A stretch of 64,000 nt of DNA from Amphiscolops sp. MND2022. Taxonomy: Eukaryota. The stretch is taken from assembly GCA_964187785.1 (NCBI GenBank), contig OZ076409.1, positions 96,288,001 to 96,352,000 of the forward strand, read 5' to 3'. The position numbers and the translations under genes were made by a program. Positions within the stretch are counted from its first letter, which is position 1; every line of letters begins with the position of its first letter. Shown piece after piece: positions 47,098-60,739 of this stretch. Under the pieces are notes generated by a model, which was not told where the DNA came from, searched no databases, and worked only from the letters and a program-made list of their open reading frames with translations.

Positions 47098-48896
47098 ACC
47101 GTCACCGTCTGAGTAAATCGGACTGGTTTCAAAACAAATGATCTCTGTTTTAGCATTACCGGAAAAGAAAGCGGAAATACAGCTAATTCGGAAGTCACAA
47201 AATCCGAACCGGAAGTTGATAAGCTTCCGCGAAGAGAAATTTAGCTATTGTAGTACTCTAGCTTCAAAATAGATGTTAGCCTGGCCAGCTTTTCATCTTT
47301 TAAAAATTACCGATCGGGAAAAAATTTGGACAGAAACAAAATTCACTCGAAAGAGTAAAATGAGTCGAACTTACCAGGAGTAGCGGTAGTCGGAGATTTG
47401 TAGCCCCAAGAAGTGAAGTGTTTACGAGACAGCATATCCTTCCGGGATTTCCGCCTTGAATTCGAATCCATCTCTCGAGCAAATGAGTGTAAAGGGTGTT
47501 GAAAGTACAATAAATAATTCAGAATGGTAACAATTAAATACGGGAGTTAAGATGAGTGAGGAATTGAAATTAAACTTAGGAGCCCTGGATTGAGCGGAGT
47601 ACGAGAAAAGACTAAATAACTGGAAACTAACTATGATATACGACGAAAAGACTGATTAAAAAAGTTTAAAATTAAGCAGATTGCAGAAACTGGTGAAATA
47701 ATCAAAGGCGTGGCGTAACAAAACGAGGCAAAGAAGCAAATGAAACATGTATTTATTGAATATGCTTGTTCAAACTGAACGCTGATTGGTCAATTAAAAT
47801 GTCATTCACCACTGCCAGGGTGATAGATTGATTAATTGACAGCCACAAATCACTTCCTACTTATGCGCAAAGCAGAGATGGTTAGATGACGTAATATATA
47901 AACTTCAATACATACAAGCACGCGGCAGTATACGATTTAAGCTGTGACGAACATACGTCAGTATACGAACTACAGGACGTGAGTGAGCGTCAATGCCCAT
48001 ACCAAGCAATGATGAGCATACGGCATTATGCGGAATTACCATAGCCACGTGCAATACAATTTACAGAGCTACATGAGATTATGCGTCAACATGCGGATCA
48101 ACTACAGATGATTATACTGTAATCTGCGGATTCACAAGGTGGTTACGCGGTAATATGCGGAATTACCATAGCGGAGTATAAAGAGGTATTCTGAACCACA
48201 CGAACGGCAACAGAACAGACCGAACAATTATGTTACGTAATACGATGCACGATAGCCACACACAACGGTGTTAGAGTGGGTATTGGAAAGAAACGAAAGA
48301 TGACTGGTTACTCAATGGCAATGGACAACTCCCCCAAACAATTACTGATTACAATGCGCTTTTAAAGTAAAACTTACAAACAAAAACGTGTAAACTGATG
48401 TTTATTTCAATATGGTTGCTTGAATTTTTAGTTTCGAACATCTTGTTGGGAAAACTAAATTTTAGTCATGTAAGATGATTATATGTTTTCTTTATACTAT
48501 ATTTTCATATAACGGAAGGAGAGTCATGTAATCCTTTGATGATGATCATAATTTTGTTTGTTAGCTATTAAACTAAATGAAACACCGCCAAAGGGTTGAG
48601 GTGAAGAAGACATCCTCCTAAGAAATGCCTTAAATGGAATTTGTTTACGTTGAGTTACAAGAAATCACGACAATTTCCTTGAATCCAAATCCTAGCGTCA
48701 GGGTAGAGACCAAATAAGGAAGCAGTGAAACCCTGAGAATCATGACACTCAACTTTTTCGCGGGTTTTTGTCGAAGAAAAGGGAGAACTGAAAAAGATAT
48801 CACCATATGGTCTACAATAACCTAAAGTTCAGTTGTCTCTAATTTCAAAACTTTGCCTTTTGCTGATCCTTAATTCATAAATACATTTTCAAAATA

Positions 48897-49946
48897 ATGA
48901 ATCCAACACAATCTAACATCACTGAAGATCTGGGTTACTCGCCTATTTCCCCTGATGTGATCGATATATCAAGCGAGTCCGGAGAAGAATTTGTCGTGGA
49001 ACCTGGCAATATCGCACAACTAAATGAAAGATTTAGAATCAACACTATGGGATCTAATATCATGGCCGCTTTTGTGGGATCAGCGACAGCCGCTTTGTTC
49101 CCTCCTTCGAACTCAGTCGATTGACAGGGGACCATTGATATCGCTGGCACCACTATTGAAAGGGAGATCATGGAGTTGATTGAAGAAAGTCCACTTTCGC
49201 CTTCTTCTTCCTCCTTGTCTTTCATAGACTCAGAATTTGAAGAAGTGGACATGTCGCCGAGAGACTCCACCGGAGCATCAGAAAGACAGTTAAACAATTA
49301 CGGGCGACCCGTCGCTGCTATTTTGCCCACGCCTAGGATTCCCAGACAACAATCAAATGAGATGATCAGACCAATACCAACATACCCACTGAACTTCTCA
49401 CAAGAATCTTCCAATTTTCAGCAAATCAATACAACGAATGACCAAGGGATTACAAATCCTTCAGCGTACGAAGCAGGTGGTACACATTGGCAAAATGCAT
49501 TCGTGTCAACAGAACCGCAATACCCAGCTGTAGGGGACATCACACCCATGGTAATACATTTGCCCCCTAGATCTATGGTGGATGTTTCTGCCAATTTTAT
49601 TGGCCCATCTCAACAAGTTACCCAATTTGGATTCCCATTCAACATTCTACATTGCCCCAACGTTCCTGCGATGGTAGCCAACGAAGGACAAATCTTCCTG
49701 CTGTTTCCCACGGTCATGCCCAACGTTTCCGGATACTGTCATTGGTGTGGTCGCACGTTCGATCAAATTGCGTTAGAGACCCTCGGGGACTATCTTGGAG
49801 CAACTGCCTATGATGGGGAAACAGTCAGAGATCGTGGAGTGAGGTCGAGAGCTTTCATCGACGGTTTTGAAGCTGCGTTGTTTATCTTTAAAAACGCAGG
49901 ACTGTCGCAGCCCCAAAGATGCGATGGGTCGGGAGTGCATCAGTAA
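48897..49946 (+). pseudogene. E3 3' sense accessory ORF (SIM-like VIDISSESGEE plus CxxC), one in-frame TGA at 49122-49124
   Basis: ORFs 48897-49124 and 49170-49946 are in frame; C-terminus homologous to E1 14797-15567; ends inside the 3' LTR. Confidence 0.78.
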
Positions 49947-51566
49947 AAGATAACCAACGACTTCGACAAACATTCTAAATACTGATATTTTTGTTTCTTT
50001 TCTCTTCATTTTTATCAAGTCATGTAAATTCTAGGTATATTCTGTATATTTGGATCATTGTGAGATTTTCCTGAGCTGTTATTGAAAGATAATTCATGTA
50101 AGAAGGCGCTAAAGTACATGGTTCATTACAAATATTAGCGTAAAACTCTCTATGCTATGAATTCCGTGCTTATTATGCGTCAATATGCCGTAAATGTTGT
50201 GACGTATAAGCGTCAAAAGTCATTTTTAGAATATTTTATATGCGTCATCATACGTAAACTTGACTCACGCATATGCGGCATTGTGCGTTTTTAACTACAA
50301 GACAATATACGTTTTTGGATAAACTGCATATGCGGCAATATGCGTTTTTACAATGCAATTATACACTGTTGAGCAGTTCTTATGTTATCGTATGTACGTC
50401 AACATGCGGTTTCCGCAGTGAAAGTATGAACGAATTGTGCAATATGGATTATGGAGTGTATGTGCTATTGTGCGTTATTGAATGTTGATGCTTACATGTT
50501 GTATACGCTATCCTGCAGTACAGGGAATACCGCATATACGTCATTATGCATTTTTAGCTGTACTCTCATCATTTTGAAGTCATGTAGCGTTTAATTCATC
50601 TAATGATACTTGAAACGTATTATACAGCGTCTAGCCTTGTTTTCCTAGGATTTCACGGTCCCTTGATAATATTTAGGGTGTCATTGTAGTGTGATTTGAA
50701 GGATATAAATAGAATGATGTGATTTTGACGTTATACTGTTTTTAGCTCTTTAAATAATGATACCTGTAAATGTGATTGTCATCCTTTTTGTATTTTTTGG
50801 AAAACTGAAGGGACCATTCATTCGAACTTTATCTCTCTCATCAAGCAGTTGCTCACTTTTCAACCTGGTCTTTTGAAAGCAGTCTTTTTGACTAACATTG
50901 TTTTATCTCCCGAATTGTCTTTAGATAATTCTTTTGAATAAATTCATATTCTTCCCCAACAGCCAAAATATCGTTTTCCTTTGAGAAAGATGGGGAACAA
51001 AAGAAGTAGAAGGTCCAGGAGATTGGAGACCCCGTCTCCAGAAAGAGAACTCAATGAAACACAGGTAGAAACATCAACCCAAGGTAATATTACTTTGACA
51101 AATGCCGAATCTAATATCCATGGAAACCTTGACAATGATGAACTTAGGAACCAATTGATTGAACCTAGCCAATTAAGCAATGAAATACAAGCGTGGACTG
51201 AGAATTTTGAACAAAAGAACAATGATAGAATAACAAAAATGAGAGAAGAAATGGAGAACAAACTAGATGCAATCCTGAAGGAGATAAAATCTAATAAAAG
51301 TGTATCAACAGTAACAAACCCAAGATCTGAAATGGATGATATACAAAACATACAGCCTTCGGGATCCAAAACTAATAGGTCTATTGGAGTACACGCATCT
51401 CACATCTATAACTCAGACTCAGAAAACGACGATTATCCTCTACAAGCTTCTAAAATGGGAGACCTGAAACATCCTGCTAAACCATTGTTCAGATGCGAAT
51501 CTGATGTAGATGTAACTATACATTCGGACGAAGAGTCCGACGCAGAGGAAGTGGAGGATTATCACA
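49903..51566 (+). repeat. E3 3' LTR (1664 bp)
   Basis: Copy of 34797-36461. Confidence 0.95.
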
Positions 51567-54236
51567 CGATGCAAAAGTAAGCGTCGATGACATCTTAGAA
51601 AAAACTTAAAATGATAAAAAATACATATTACAAATAATTTTCCAAACGTCTCGGGAATCAACAAACGTTTTTACTTTCCAGGGAGACTTTCTCTTAAGAA
51701 GAAGTTTTGGAAAGTAAGGAAGACCAGATTTTTGGCCTTTTTTGACTGCTTATGTCAAGTCTTTTTGACCTCGTCACATTTATCGCAACTTTCATTAGTC
51801 CTCGTTGGAGCTCAAAGTTTCCTTTGAAAGCTTCTCACGTGATGTTTGAGTCACGAATCAACACATCAAGAAAATTTTTATCTCTTTAGGCTAGACCCTA
51901 CTGAATACAGTGTACAAAGGACTTGATTGCTGGCGAAAACCTTCTAGTTAATACTCAGAGCTACAAGAATACAACTTTGAATCAGCCATGTTGGAAATCA
52001 ACATGGAAATTTTAGACCCTGATTTTGAAAGTTGTTGAAATAACAGCGATAATAAGCTCTTGGAAAAATTCTTGGATTCCAATACGAAAGAGATCATAGA
52101 AATCTTCTTCGAATACTAAAAAGACTGTTTTTTCTTGCTGGTTTTCCAAAACTCTAACTTTGATGTTTTTCTGCATGAGATAAACACTTTACTTGACAAA
52201 GCGTCGACACTCATTTTGCCGGCTACTTTAAATCTTTTGACGTGATTTTAGTGAAGAAATAATAAAAACGAATGAGACGATAGAAACTTTTGCATACCCT
52301 GGTTGAAATTGCTTCAATTTTTCACAAGTTTTTGTAGGTTACCAAGCTAATTTTTCATGATTAAAAAATTTATAAGGAAACTTCCATGCAGTAGAATTTC
52401 ACTGATTCAATTAGTTCTATCAAGCTGCTTTTAAGATGCATCTTAAATTTGGTGGCAATTCCTAGCCGCGGCGTTTTGCAGGTTTCATTAGCAACAGTTC
52501 TAATTTTGAATGCACCTGAGACCTGATCAAATTTTCCATGATTTTAATGCAAATAAACTTCAGTAACATTTCAAAGTTTCAAAGTAGCGTCTTATTCAGC
52601 GTGCTATTCGACTAAGGTGATTACATTAGGTAGTTACTTTGAACAATTTACGAGTGAAAATAAAGTGATCGCGGCGGTGACGAAGTGAAATGTTTTCCGT
52701 TTTAATTGAAATAGTGGAAGCTGCATTGTAATCCTACAAAATTTCTCCAAGCAATCTGTTTCCATGCAGCAAAAGTTCAAGCAATCTCGACTAGCGTAGT
52801 TGACTTTCATTTGCTCTCACCAGTCGCAAAGTTACGTAATAGTTTAATCATTATAGGTTGTCTGTCGAACAGAGCAACCAATTACTATTGAACATGCAAT
52901 TCGGCTCTACTACGAATTTATTCTGCTGTGTTACCGTTCGGCTACACTCCCTGTCACCTTTCAAAGTATCGAATCTCCTGTACTGAAAAAAAATAGTTTA
53001 CAAAGTTCAAATATTGATGGTTTTTCTAATTGTTTTTGAAGTCGGAAAAGTTGTGCCAGTGTTTAATGTTCAATTTGAACTCTAAAACAAGTTGAGGTGA
53101 AACTAATAAAGTGGTTGATCAGTTTAATCGCTTAACCGTTAGATAGATTAACCAAGCGGCCGCGGGGGGATAAGACACAAGGTTTAAATACCATTGTGTC
53201 GACATCATTTGCGTTGAAACTTTTGTGCAATGAAATAATTGATGTCGACATAATTCTCTTTTACCTTGACTGCCAGTTAAAAGTTGCTGATTAGATTTAA
53301 TCTCGGAGAAAATTTACGTTGACATAGGCGCCATTTATACGATTTTAGCTTGTTTCAAGCGTGAATTTTTGCTATTTTGGACAATAATATCAGAATAATA
53401 GGGTCATGTTTTGCTGGAAGTGTCAAAACGGCTGTAAAATGCAATCCTCTAATTATTTACATTCACATAAAATTCTCTAATCAGTGAAATATTTTTATTC
53501 AAGAACAAAATGTGCTTTCGTTTTTTTGAGGGGGGACATTCAAAACAATGTGTACCTGGGGGGGGATAAGACACATGGACCTTGTGTGAAAACAGATCCT
53601 GAGTTTCAGTTGCATTTTATTTGCTTCATCATCAAACCTCAGTAAACTCAAAACATTTTAACGAGGTTAGCTAATTCTGCTGTTTCAGAACTATTCGAAG
53701 TTTTTTTCACCCCCAGAGGTCCCTCCTCGGATTCCTGTGCATCGAAACCCGGAGAAGTCAGACGTTTAAAGTCGGCGCTATATCTAAAGCTCAAGAAGCG
53801 CAGTTTTCAAAATATGCGTAGGACATTTTCATGAAAAACTCATGTTTTCGAACCTCTGCCTCCTCCGTTCTAAAACGCAATACAGTTGAGATATAACGTC
53901 AAAAACTCGGATATAGCGCTTTACTTCAGATATTACGAGGGGTGACTTCAATAAAATCGAAAAGAGACAAAATAATCGAAAAAAGTGTCACAGCGCCGAA
54001 AAAATTGAAAGGGGGCCCTTTAGTCTCTTCTGGATTTGTATATTACGTTTAAAAAGTAAAAATGAAAGGGGGACCCTTTGCAATAACTTAAATGCATTAC
54101 CCAGGTATTCGTTTAGTTGAACAAACTGAACAAAAATTTCGTCGCATTCGAGTCTGTCTTAAAGAAAAAAAAACGAGTGGTTGTAATAGTGGGGCTCTTT
54201 CATTATATAAAAGCGCCGACTAAAATATCTAGCGAC

Positions 54237-54626
54237 ATGGGCTCAGTCAACTTGAACCATAAAAGCGGGCCCACCATAAAAGCGGGCAAAAATTTGGTCA
54301 TCCGAGCTGGCAGTCTAAAATCGAATGCCGGCGAATTAGAAGCGGGGAATGACATGAACATCGCAGTTCGAACAGATATGGATATGGACGCACGGAGAAA
54401 CGATATAAAACTGAGGGCTGGAAACGATATCAAAATGGACGTTAAGGAGAGAATGAGAATGGACGGGGTGCGAAATATAGAAATTGGAGCTGCTCAAAAT
54501 GTGAATATGGACGCGGGAAAACTGGAAATGAATGAGGAAAGGGGTGAAACCGTGGATTCGGTTGCAAGTCCTGGGAGCGGTCAACGGCTCTTTTCTGTTC
54601 AACCCAAAACCATCAAAAATTTTTGA
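54237..54626 (+). CDS. Possible coding segment with ~8-residue beta-helix-like repeats
   Basis: AGKNLVIR / AGNDMNIA / AGNDIKMD / AAQNVNMD periodicity; GC-richer than flanks; gene context unknown. Confidence 0.4.
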   Translation: MGSVNLNHKSGPTIKAGKNLVIRAGSLKSNAGELEAGNDMNIAVRTDMDMDARRNDIKLRAGNDIKMDVKERMRMDGVRNIEIGAAQNVNMDAGKLEMNEERGETVDSVASPGSGQRLFSVQPKTIKNF

Positions 54627-56141
54627 GGGAAATTTACAAAAAAATTCAAACTGGTTGAATTCGAAGTGATTTTTTTTTCCATAACAGGAAAGTAACTTCT
54701 ATTGGAATAGTTTTTTCTTTGAACAAAACATTTTCCACACATTTTGACTGTGAATATGTTGAAAATTAACTGTTTTTCGTGACTCAAAACAGGAAGCTGT
54801 TGATTTCTTAATCAAGAACGCGTGACTTCATAGCGTGAACAAAAATAGCGTGAAAAAAATAATATCTGAATTCTAAACAGTCATTCTGAGAATAAATATA
54901 AAAGTAAAGGTTTCTAATTTAGTTCCAAGTCTTTCTATTTTAAAATTTTCACAAAATTTTTTCAAAAAAATAAATGGGGGGACAGAAAAGAACCCGGTCA
55001 ACCAAGCACAGAAGGGTCGGGTCAAAGTTCAAATGAACAAACAGCGAGTACTGTTGTCGGCGAGCCACTGAGGCACCCAGCCGGTGACCTTTTTGGTCAC
55101 AATGGGCAAGGAATCGGCGATGGAAACGGCGGACGCTTTGTAGCATCGGACCAAGTTAGTAAAGTTCGTGAAATATTTGCGAGAATTCGAAATTAGATGA
55201 GAATTTTTTGGCTCATACTTTTTCCTCCAAAAACTAAAAAGAAAATAAACAGAAGATATATAGATATTTTCTACTGAAATGAAACCTAGGTCACAAAAAA
55301 ACATCAGCTTTTTTCGAGCTCTTTGCATCATGTGTTTCGAGATATTTCTAGCACGTTCCTTGTCCTGGTTTAGGTTGCTACCACATAGGAGTTTTGTTGG
55401 TTTTACAAGCCGACTTGCTTCTTTAATGTCTTAAAATGGTGAAGCAAGAATCAATGTTTGTAGTTTGTAATCAAAGTATGATGGTATGATGAAGTGGTTT
55501 GGAAAATCAAATTACAAGGAAAAAAGAAAAAAGTAGTTCTCTTGGGGGCGAAACGTTTCAAGCAAAATGTTTGACTTCTATTGGAGACAATATTTCAAAA
55601 AAACAGAAAATGTAAAAAGTTTAAGAAAAACTTTTCGGCTCTGTTTCAAAAGCTCATCACCCCAGCTTGTAATGGCTCATCCCCCATTGTAACAAACAAG
55701 TTTAAGATCAATGAATTTTATTGAGTGTTAGTTAAAATACTCAATCAGCTACTAATTTTTCAAAACTTCGACAAAAATCGACAAAAGCTAGGGAGAGTTC
55801 AACACAACACTTCAGTTTCACAGTGCCGAAATGGTAGTTTCTGAGATCAATAGTTTTTGCTTCTTCGATGTTCTTATAAAAAACGCACTTTTAAAATTTT
55901 CGCCTGTTTGATATTAACTGTTTTTTGTTTTTTTTTGTGCAATAAAGTTTTTATCAACGCTATTGTTAATAACTGAATCTTATTTCAATGTTTCAGCTAC
56001 AGGACGCAACATGATGGAACCAAAACAACCCAGTTTCGTAAAGAAACTCAATTGCTGGAGTAATTTTTTTTGTAAATTTGCAGGTTATAAAAAGATTGTA
56101 CTTTTATTGATTAGCTTAGTCTATCTGCTATTTCAAATAGA

Positions 56142-56248
56142 TCGAGATCCCTGCAATTCGAAAAGAAAAGGAAAATCGCACAATGGTTTGATAAGTTATC
56201 AAACCATTGTGCGATTTTCCTTTTCTTTTCGAATTGCAGGGATCTCGA
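56142..56248. repeat. 107-bp perfect palindrome (53-bp arms, 1-nt centre)
   Basis: TCGAGATCCCTGC...GATAA-G-TTATC...GCAGGGATCTCGA. Confidence 0.92.
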
Positions 56249-56882
56249 AAAAAGTTGTGGTTTTCTTAAATCTTTTGTTTAATTTCTTTTCAAAATAACG
56301 TTTCAAAAAGTTCGTTGGACTTTTTACGATTATCTATTTCACACATTTATCAATCCTGTAACCGTGACCAGTTGTCTTAGAATTTTTCATCATTGAGTGT
56401 AGATTTTTTCAAAGATATAATTGAAGCGCTGTAGCTGACCAGTACATTGGTCAAAAATCTTTTCAGAATGCCGCCGCATTGCTTTTATCCCAATTGATTT
56501 ACGGTGTTGAGTTATATAAAACAAATGTGAACAGAAAATGGGAATTTTTCAGGAACGCCAGAACGTGAAACTAGTAGTGAGAAACGACTTCATATCTGCA
56601 AGTCATCCTAAAAAAAGTGAAAAAATGAATATCGGTTTAGATGATTCATTTCATCGGTGTCAATTGCACTTGAAAGAATATCGAAAAATTATTCCAAAAT
56701 GACATCGAGAAGAAAAAAAGACCAAATTTTGTCCTTGAAACATTCTTGAACAAATTTGAATGGTTTTTGTATCGGAAACGATCTAGCATTTTCATGAACG
56801 ATATTGTAATTACAGAAAACCAGAAATTTCACTGTAAACCGCTGATGACACTCCATTTTTTGAAAATGGTGGATTCCCAAAT

Positions 56883-56981
56883 ATGGCTATCAACATGAAA
56901 ACGGAAATAGCTTCATTTAACGTAAACTTCATTCATGGCTATCAACATGAAAAGGGAAATAGCTTCATTTAACGTAAACTT
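56883..56981. repeat. Two-copy tandem duplication, period 52 bp
   Basis: ATGGCTATCAACATGAAAA.GGAAATAGCTTCATTTAACGTAAACTT at 56883 and 56935. Confidence 0.85.
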
Positions 56982-57946
56982 TGAGTCTTTCCCACAGGCT
57001 AGAATTGATCCCTGTTCAGCTAGAACTGTTCTTTAATGTTGGTGGTCAATTTTGCGTAACGCAACTCGGACTTAAACGTAACTGCGCGCCTTTTCTTACC
57101 TTTTAAGCCCTGAATACAAAAAAAGAGCCAGGATCGGTCTATTCTTTTTTTCGACGCTGCCCGACTTTTTCGAGTTTTTTTCAACTTCACCACTGGGTCT
57201 TTTTGCGTTTCTTGTTGTTTTTAAGCAGGTAATAATGGTATTCAAGGCTAACATTGTTTCTTTGCGCTTTTCGCGATTGTGAGATTTATGAGAATGTTCT
57301 CATTGGAATGTCCACAGAATGTCCGTGAGCGTAATTGAAAGATTGCTCTTTATGAGTCTTGAGCTTGGCTTTGACTTGGACCGTTTTCTGCTGAATTTAT
57401 TTTTGGCTTTGTATCTCTCCTTTTGCTTCAATCTGTTTCTATATTATCTAAAATAGCCAAGCCGTGAAGCTATTATAGCATGGGGCGCAGTGGCACTGTA
57501 ACGTATACTTTTACAATCGACAACTTCCAAAGAGAGACCTCTAAAAGTGAAAAAATATTTTTTCATAACTGAAAATATAACAAAATCAGAGTATGCAACT
57601 TATTCCGAATTTTTAATAACGAACAAATCGCTGATAGCCTGAAAAACCGTTTGTCTGTTTCCACAGGACTAAAAGTAAACAGAGAGGTCACCCTTAAGAA
57701 TAGGAAAACGGTTTTGCTTATCAGAAAATCTGAAAAAAAAATCGTCAGCATGTCGCACAGTGTAGTAAATTTTATATGCTCACACTGCATCTGCTAAAAT
57801 CAAAAGAACCCTTCGGTTTTAAAAAATTAGAAAAAAGTGGTATGGTGCCGAAAAAATTGAAGGAGGGGCTCACTGGTCACCATACCACCATACCAGACGG
57901 TCTTTCCTGTACCTTTGCAAGCATGAAACGTTTTGCCTAGCACGCT

Positions 57947-60451
57947 TGTTGCAACTTGTTATGCATTGCCATTTTCGCGCAATTTGGCAGGTTGTTAATA
58001 CACAACTAGTTTAATTTTTTCGCACAAACAAATTTCTCAGCATACTTCAAGGTTAAAATGTCAGGTTACATTAAGCTCTACCAAATTTCCTTCTCTGTTA
58101 AAGGAGGTGAAAGCGGGACGATGCTTTACAAGAGAAAAGACTACAAAACTACAGGTGTAAATAATAATGTATTTATTCACGTATGCTTAAGTAATATGTA
58201 TATATATATTTACTAGGATACATCGTTAGGTTAATTCAATGAATACTGATCAATCGAATTGCACGATCTTCTAGCACATTCAATAAGTGTTACTACAACA
58301 CTTGATGAATTGCTAACCATGTTTTAAAAGTTAATGCATGAGAGGTAGTTGTTTTGCAGCTTCTGAAGTTCCTATTCATTTGGTAGGCTCTTCTCATCCA
58401 GACTTGACATTTGGTCATTTTTGGACATCATCACCTTGTGACCCAGCCAATCAGAAATCTTGGTTACTCATGCCGTACACCGCTGTTTGTCCCATTTTAC
58501 TTATTGAGACTGCTCCATTAGGTCCGGCTTGGTCAATATCTTCTGGCTGAGAATATATTTCTCTCTTCTTTTTTCGCGCCCATCTGATTTTTGGGGAATC
58601 ACTTTTAGTTCTGGCAATTCCTCCTCACTCTCTTCATTCATTAGGCTAAAATTTGGTGGTTTTCCCATTTCATCGCTGCTAATGGACCGTATTTTCCGTT
58701 TACCTGGTTTTGCCGTTTTCGTCTTGGCTGCCTTTTCTCACAAATTGGCATTCTGGGTGTCATGCCAGCATGATGGAAATATAATCTACTAAATATCTGT
58801 AATGTAAATAATATGTCTTATGTACTTAGATATGGGCAATATGATGTCATATAATAAGATCTATGGTTGTGAGCAACCCTACGTTACTTGTACCTAATCC
58901 CCTATTCCCCAGTGAGACTTGAGCTATTTATTTATATAATACTGAGCATTCTAGTTCCGTTTGTCCACAATTCATGATCGTACTAATAAGCAAATGATGC
59001 TATTTTATATTTAATGGCTTGTCACGAGAAAGGAAGATAGTTTTCTTGGTCAAACTGGACCGCAAAATAGAGAAGATAGAACTAACACTGTTAGGAAACT
59101 CCTGCCTCAGAGCAAACTAACGTGACAAGTCTAATCTCACTCAATAATCGATTGAAGATGCTAAAACGATGAAATCTGTGCTGAATCTCTTAGTTTAGTA
59201 CAAAGTAAAAAAGTTTTATCTATATTACATCGTCTGGCCACATAGCACAGCCAGGAAAGAGAATTTAGAATGACGATGTGAAACCGATGGAACTTTTTAT
59301 TTCTTCAATTGACGCTAACTCACACGACGATGTAAAACCGATGGAAATGTGTCAAAGTTAATACATTGTTAATAATTTGTCAGTTTAACACTAATATACA
59401 AACGATGAAGAAACGATGAAAATCTTTCATCGTTTAGACATCGCAGAGGACGAAAGTCACTGACGATGATGGAACGATGAAACCTCTCCCACCTATTGAA
59501 TTACTCTCCCCTGCTCACACGGTTCATTGTTTTCACATCAAGTTGATCATACAGACCACCGACTAGACCCCTTTCATCTATATTTCATCTACGACCATAC
59601 TAACGTGATCAACTTGTGGAAAACGATGGATAAACGACAGAACTTGTTATATTTTGCATTTCAACCAATTCAGTGCTAACAAATCATCATTTACACATCC
59701 CCATATTTCAGAACTTGAATCCTGTCCATTTTAGACATTAATTTAGCGCACTTGCAGGAACTATCATGACTCAGAGAGCGCCTGCTGGTATTAGTTCATT
59801 ATAAATTCATGATAATTGGTGCAAATTGATTTAGTGCGCAATTTCTAATTGGTAGCCCTCTTACGACATGCAGAACAACCGGTCACGTGACCAAGTGCTA
59901 ATTAGCACCATACCCAACGACCAATAAGAACGAAGCGATGGTTAGAATTGAGTCTTACCATCGATCTGGCGAAGGGGCTACCTATTAACACACACTTCTT
60001 CGCTATAGCTACATTGTACGAGTACTTACATTACCTGCTTTTCATACACGTTTATTGCTAGACTTTAACGACATCTTTCACAATTCAACTCTTATCCAAC
60101 ATTCCTGTTTCTCCTTGCCTATGAGTATTGAATCCTCCAAAGTACTTAGAAGTGGCAAAGTATTAACTGATCCATCACCACATACTTCCATTAAAAATAA
60201 AATTTGCAGTCCTAATTCAAACATGGAATCCTCTAGTAATTCTGCAGATGAGATAAATCGATCTGGTAGAAATTCGCCGACTAACGAAAATACTGTTCAA
60301 ATAACAAATGAAGAAAGATTTAATCATTTACAAAATGAAATGTCAATGTTAAAAGCTATGATGGAGAAAATCATAAGTCAGAACGAGGAACGAGACAAGC
60401 AAAATGGTGGTTCCATCGCGAAGTCATCTTACGCCGTAGGGACCTCCAACA
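57947..60451 (+). mobile_element. Candidate solo LTR of a related gag-in-LTR family
   Basis: TGTTG...CAACA ends; a coiled-coil, Gag-leader-like ORF (ATG 60121) crosses the right end; no matching TSD. Confidence 0.35.
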
Positions 60452-60592
60452 CCGGGACTTTTTCAGGGTTCTCCTTTTTTTCCTAGTGAAAAGAGCCCGA
60501 CTATTACAGTGGCTAGTTTTTAGTCGGTGCCTTTTCCTTTGAGGAAAAAAGCCTGACTATTACAGTGGCTAGTTTTTTTTCTTTTTTGTCAG

Positions 60593-60696
60593 ACCACAGA
60601 GCTCATCGCGTATGTACCACTTTTTACAGAAACTGATAAGACTATAGCCTTATCAGTTTCTGTAAAAAGTGGTACATACGCGATGAGCTCTGTGGT
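60593..60696. repeat. 104-bp palindrome
   Basis: ACCACAGAGCTCATCGCG...CTA|TAG...CGCGATGAGCTCTGTGGT, one mismatch near the centre. Confidence 0.9.
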
Positions 60697-60739
60697 ATAC
60701 TCAGGCCAAGTCAGGCCAATGGAAACTTAGTGCAAAGGG

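Larger units (their letters stand above)
34797..51566 (+). mobile_element. E3: 16.8 kb Ty3/Gypsy element, divergent subfamily with the same architecture, defective
   Basis: LTRs 34797-36461 and 49903-51566; TSD CGATG at 34792-34796 and 51567-51571; PBS at 36462. Confidence 0.96.
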
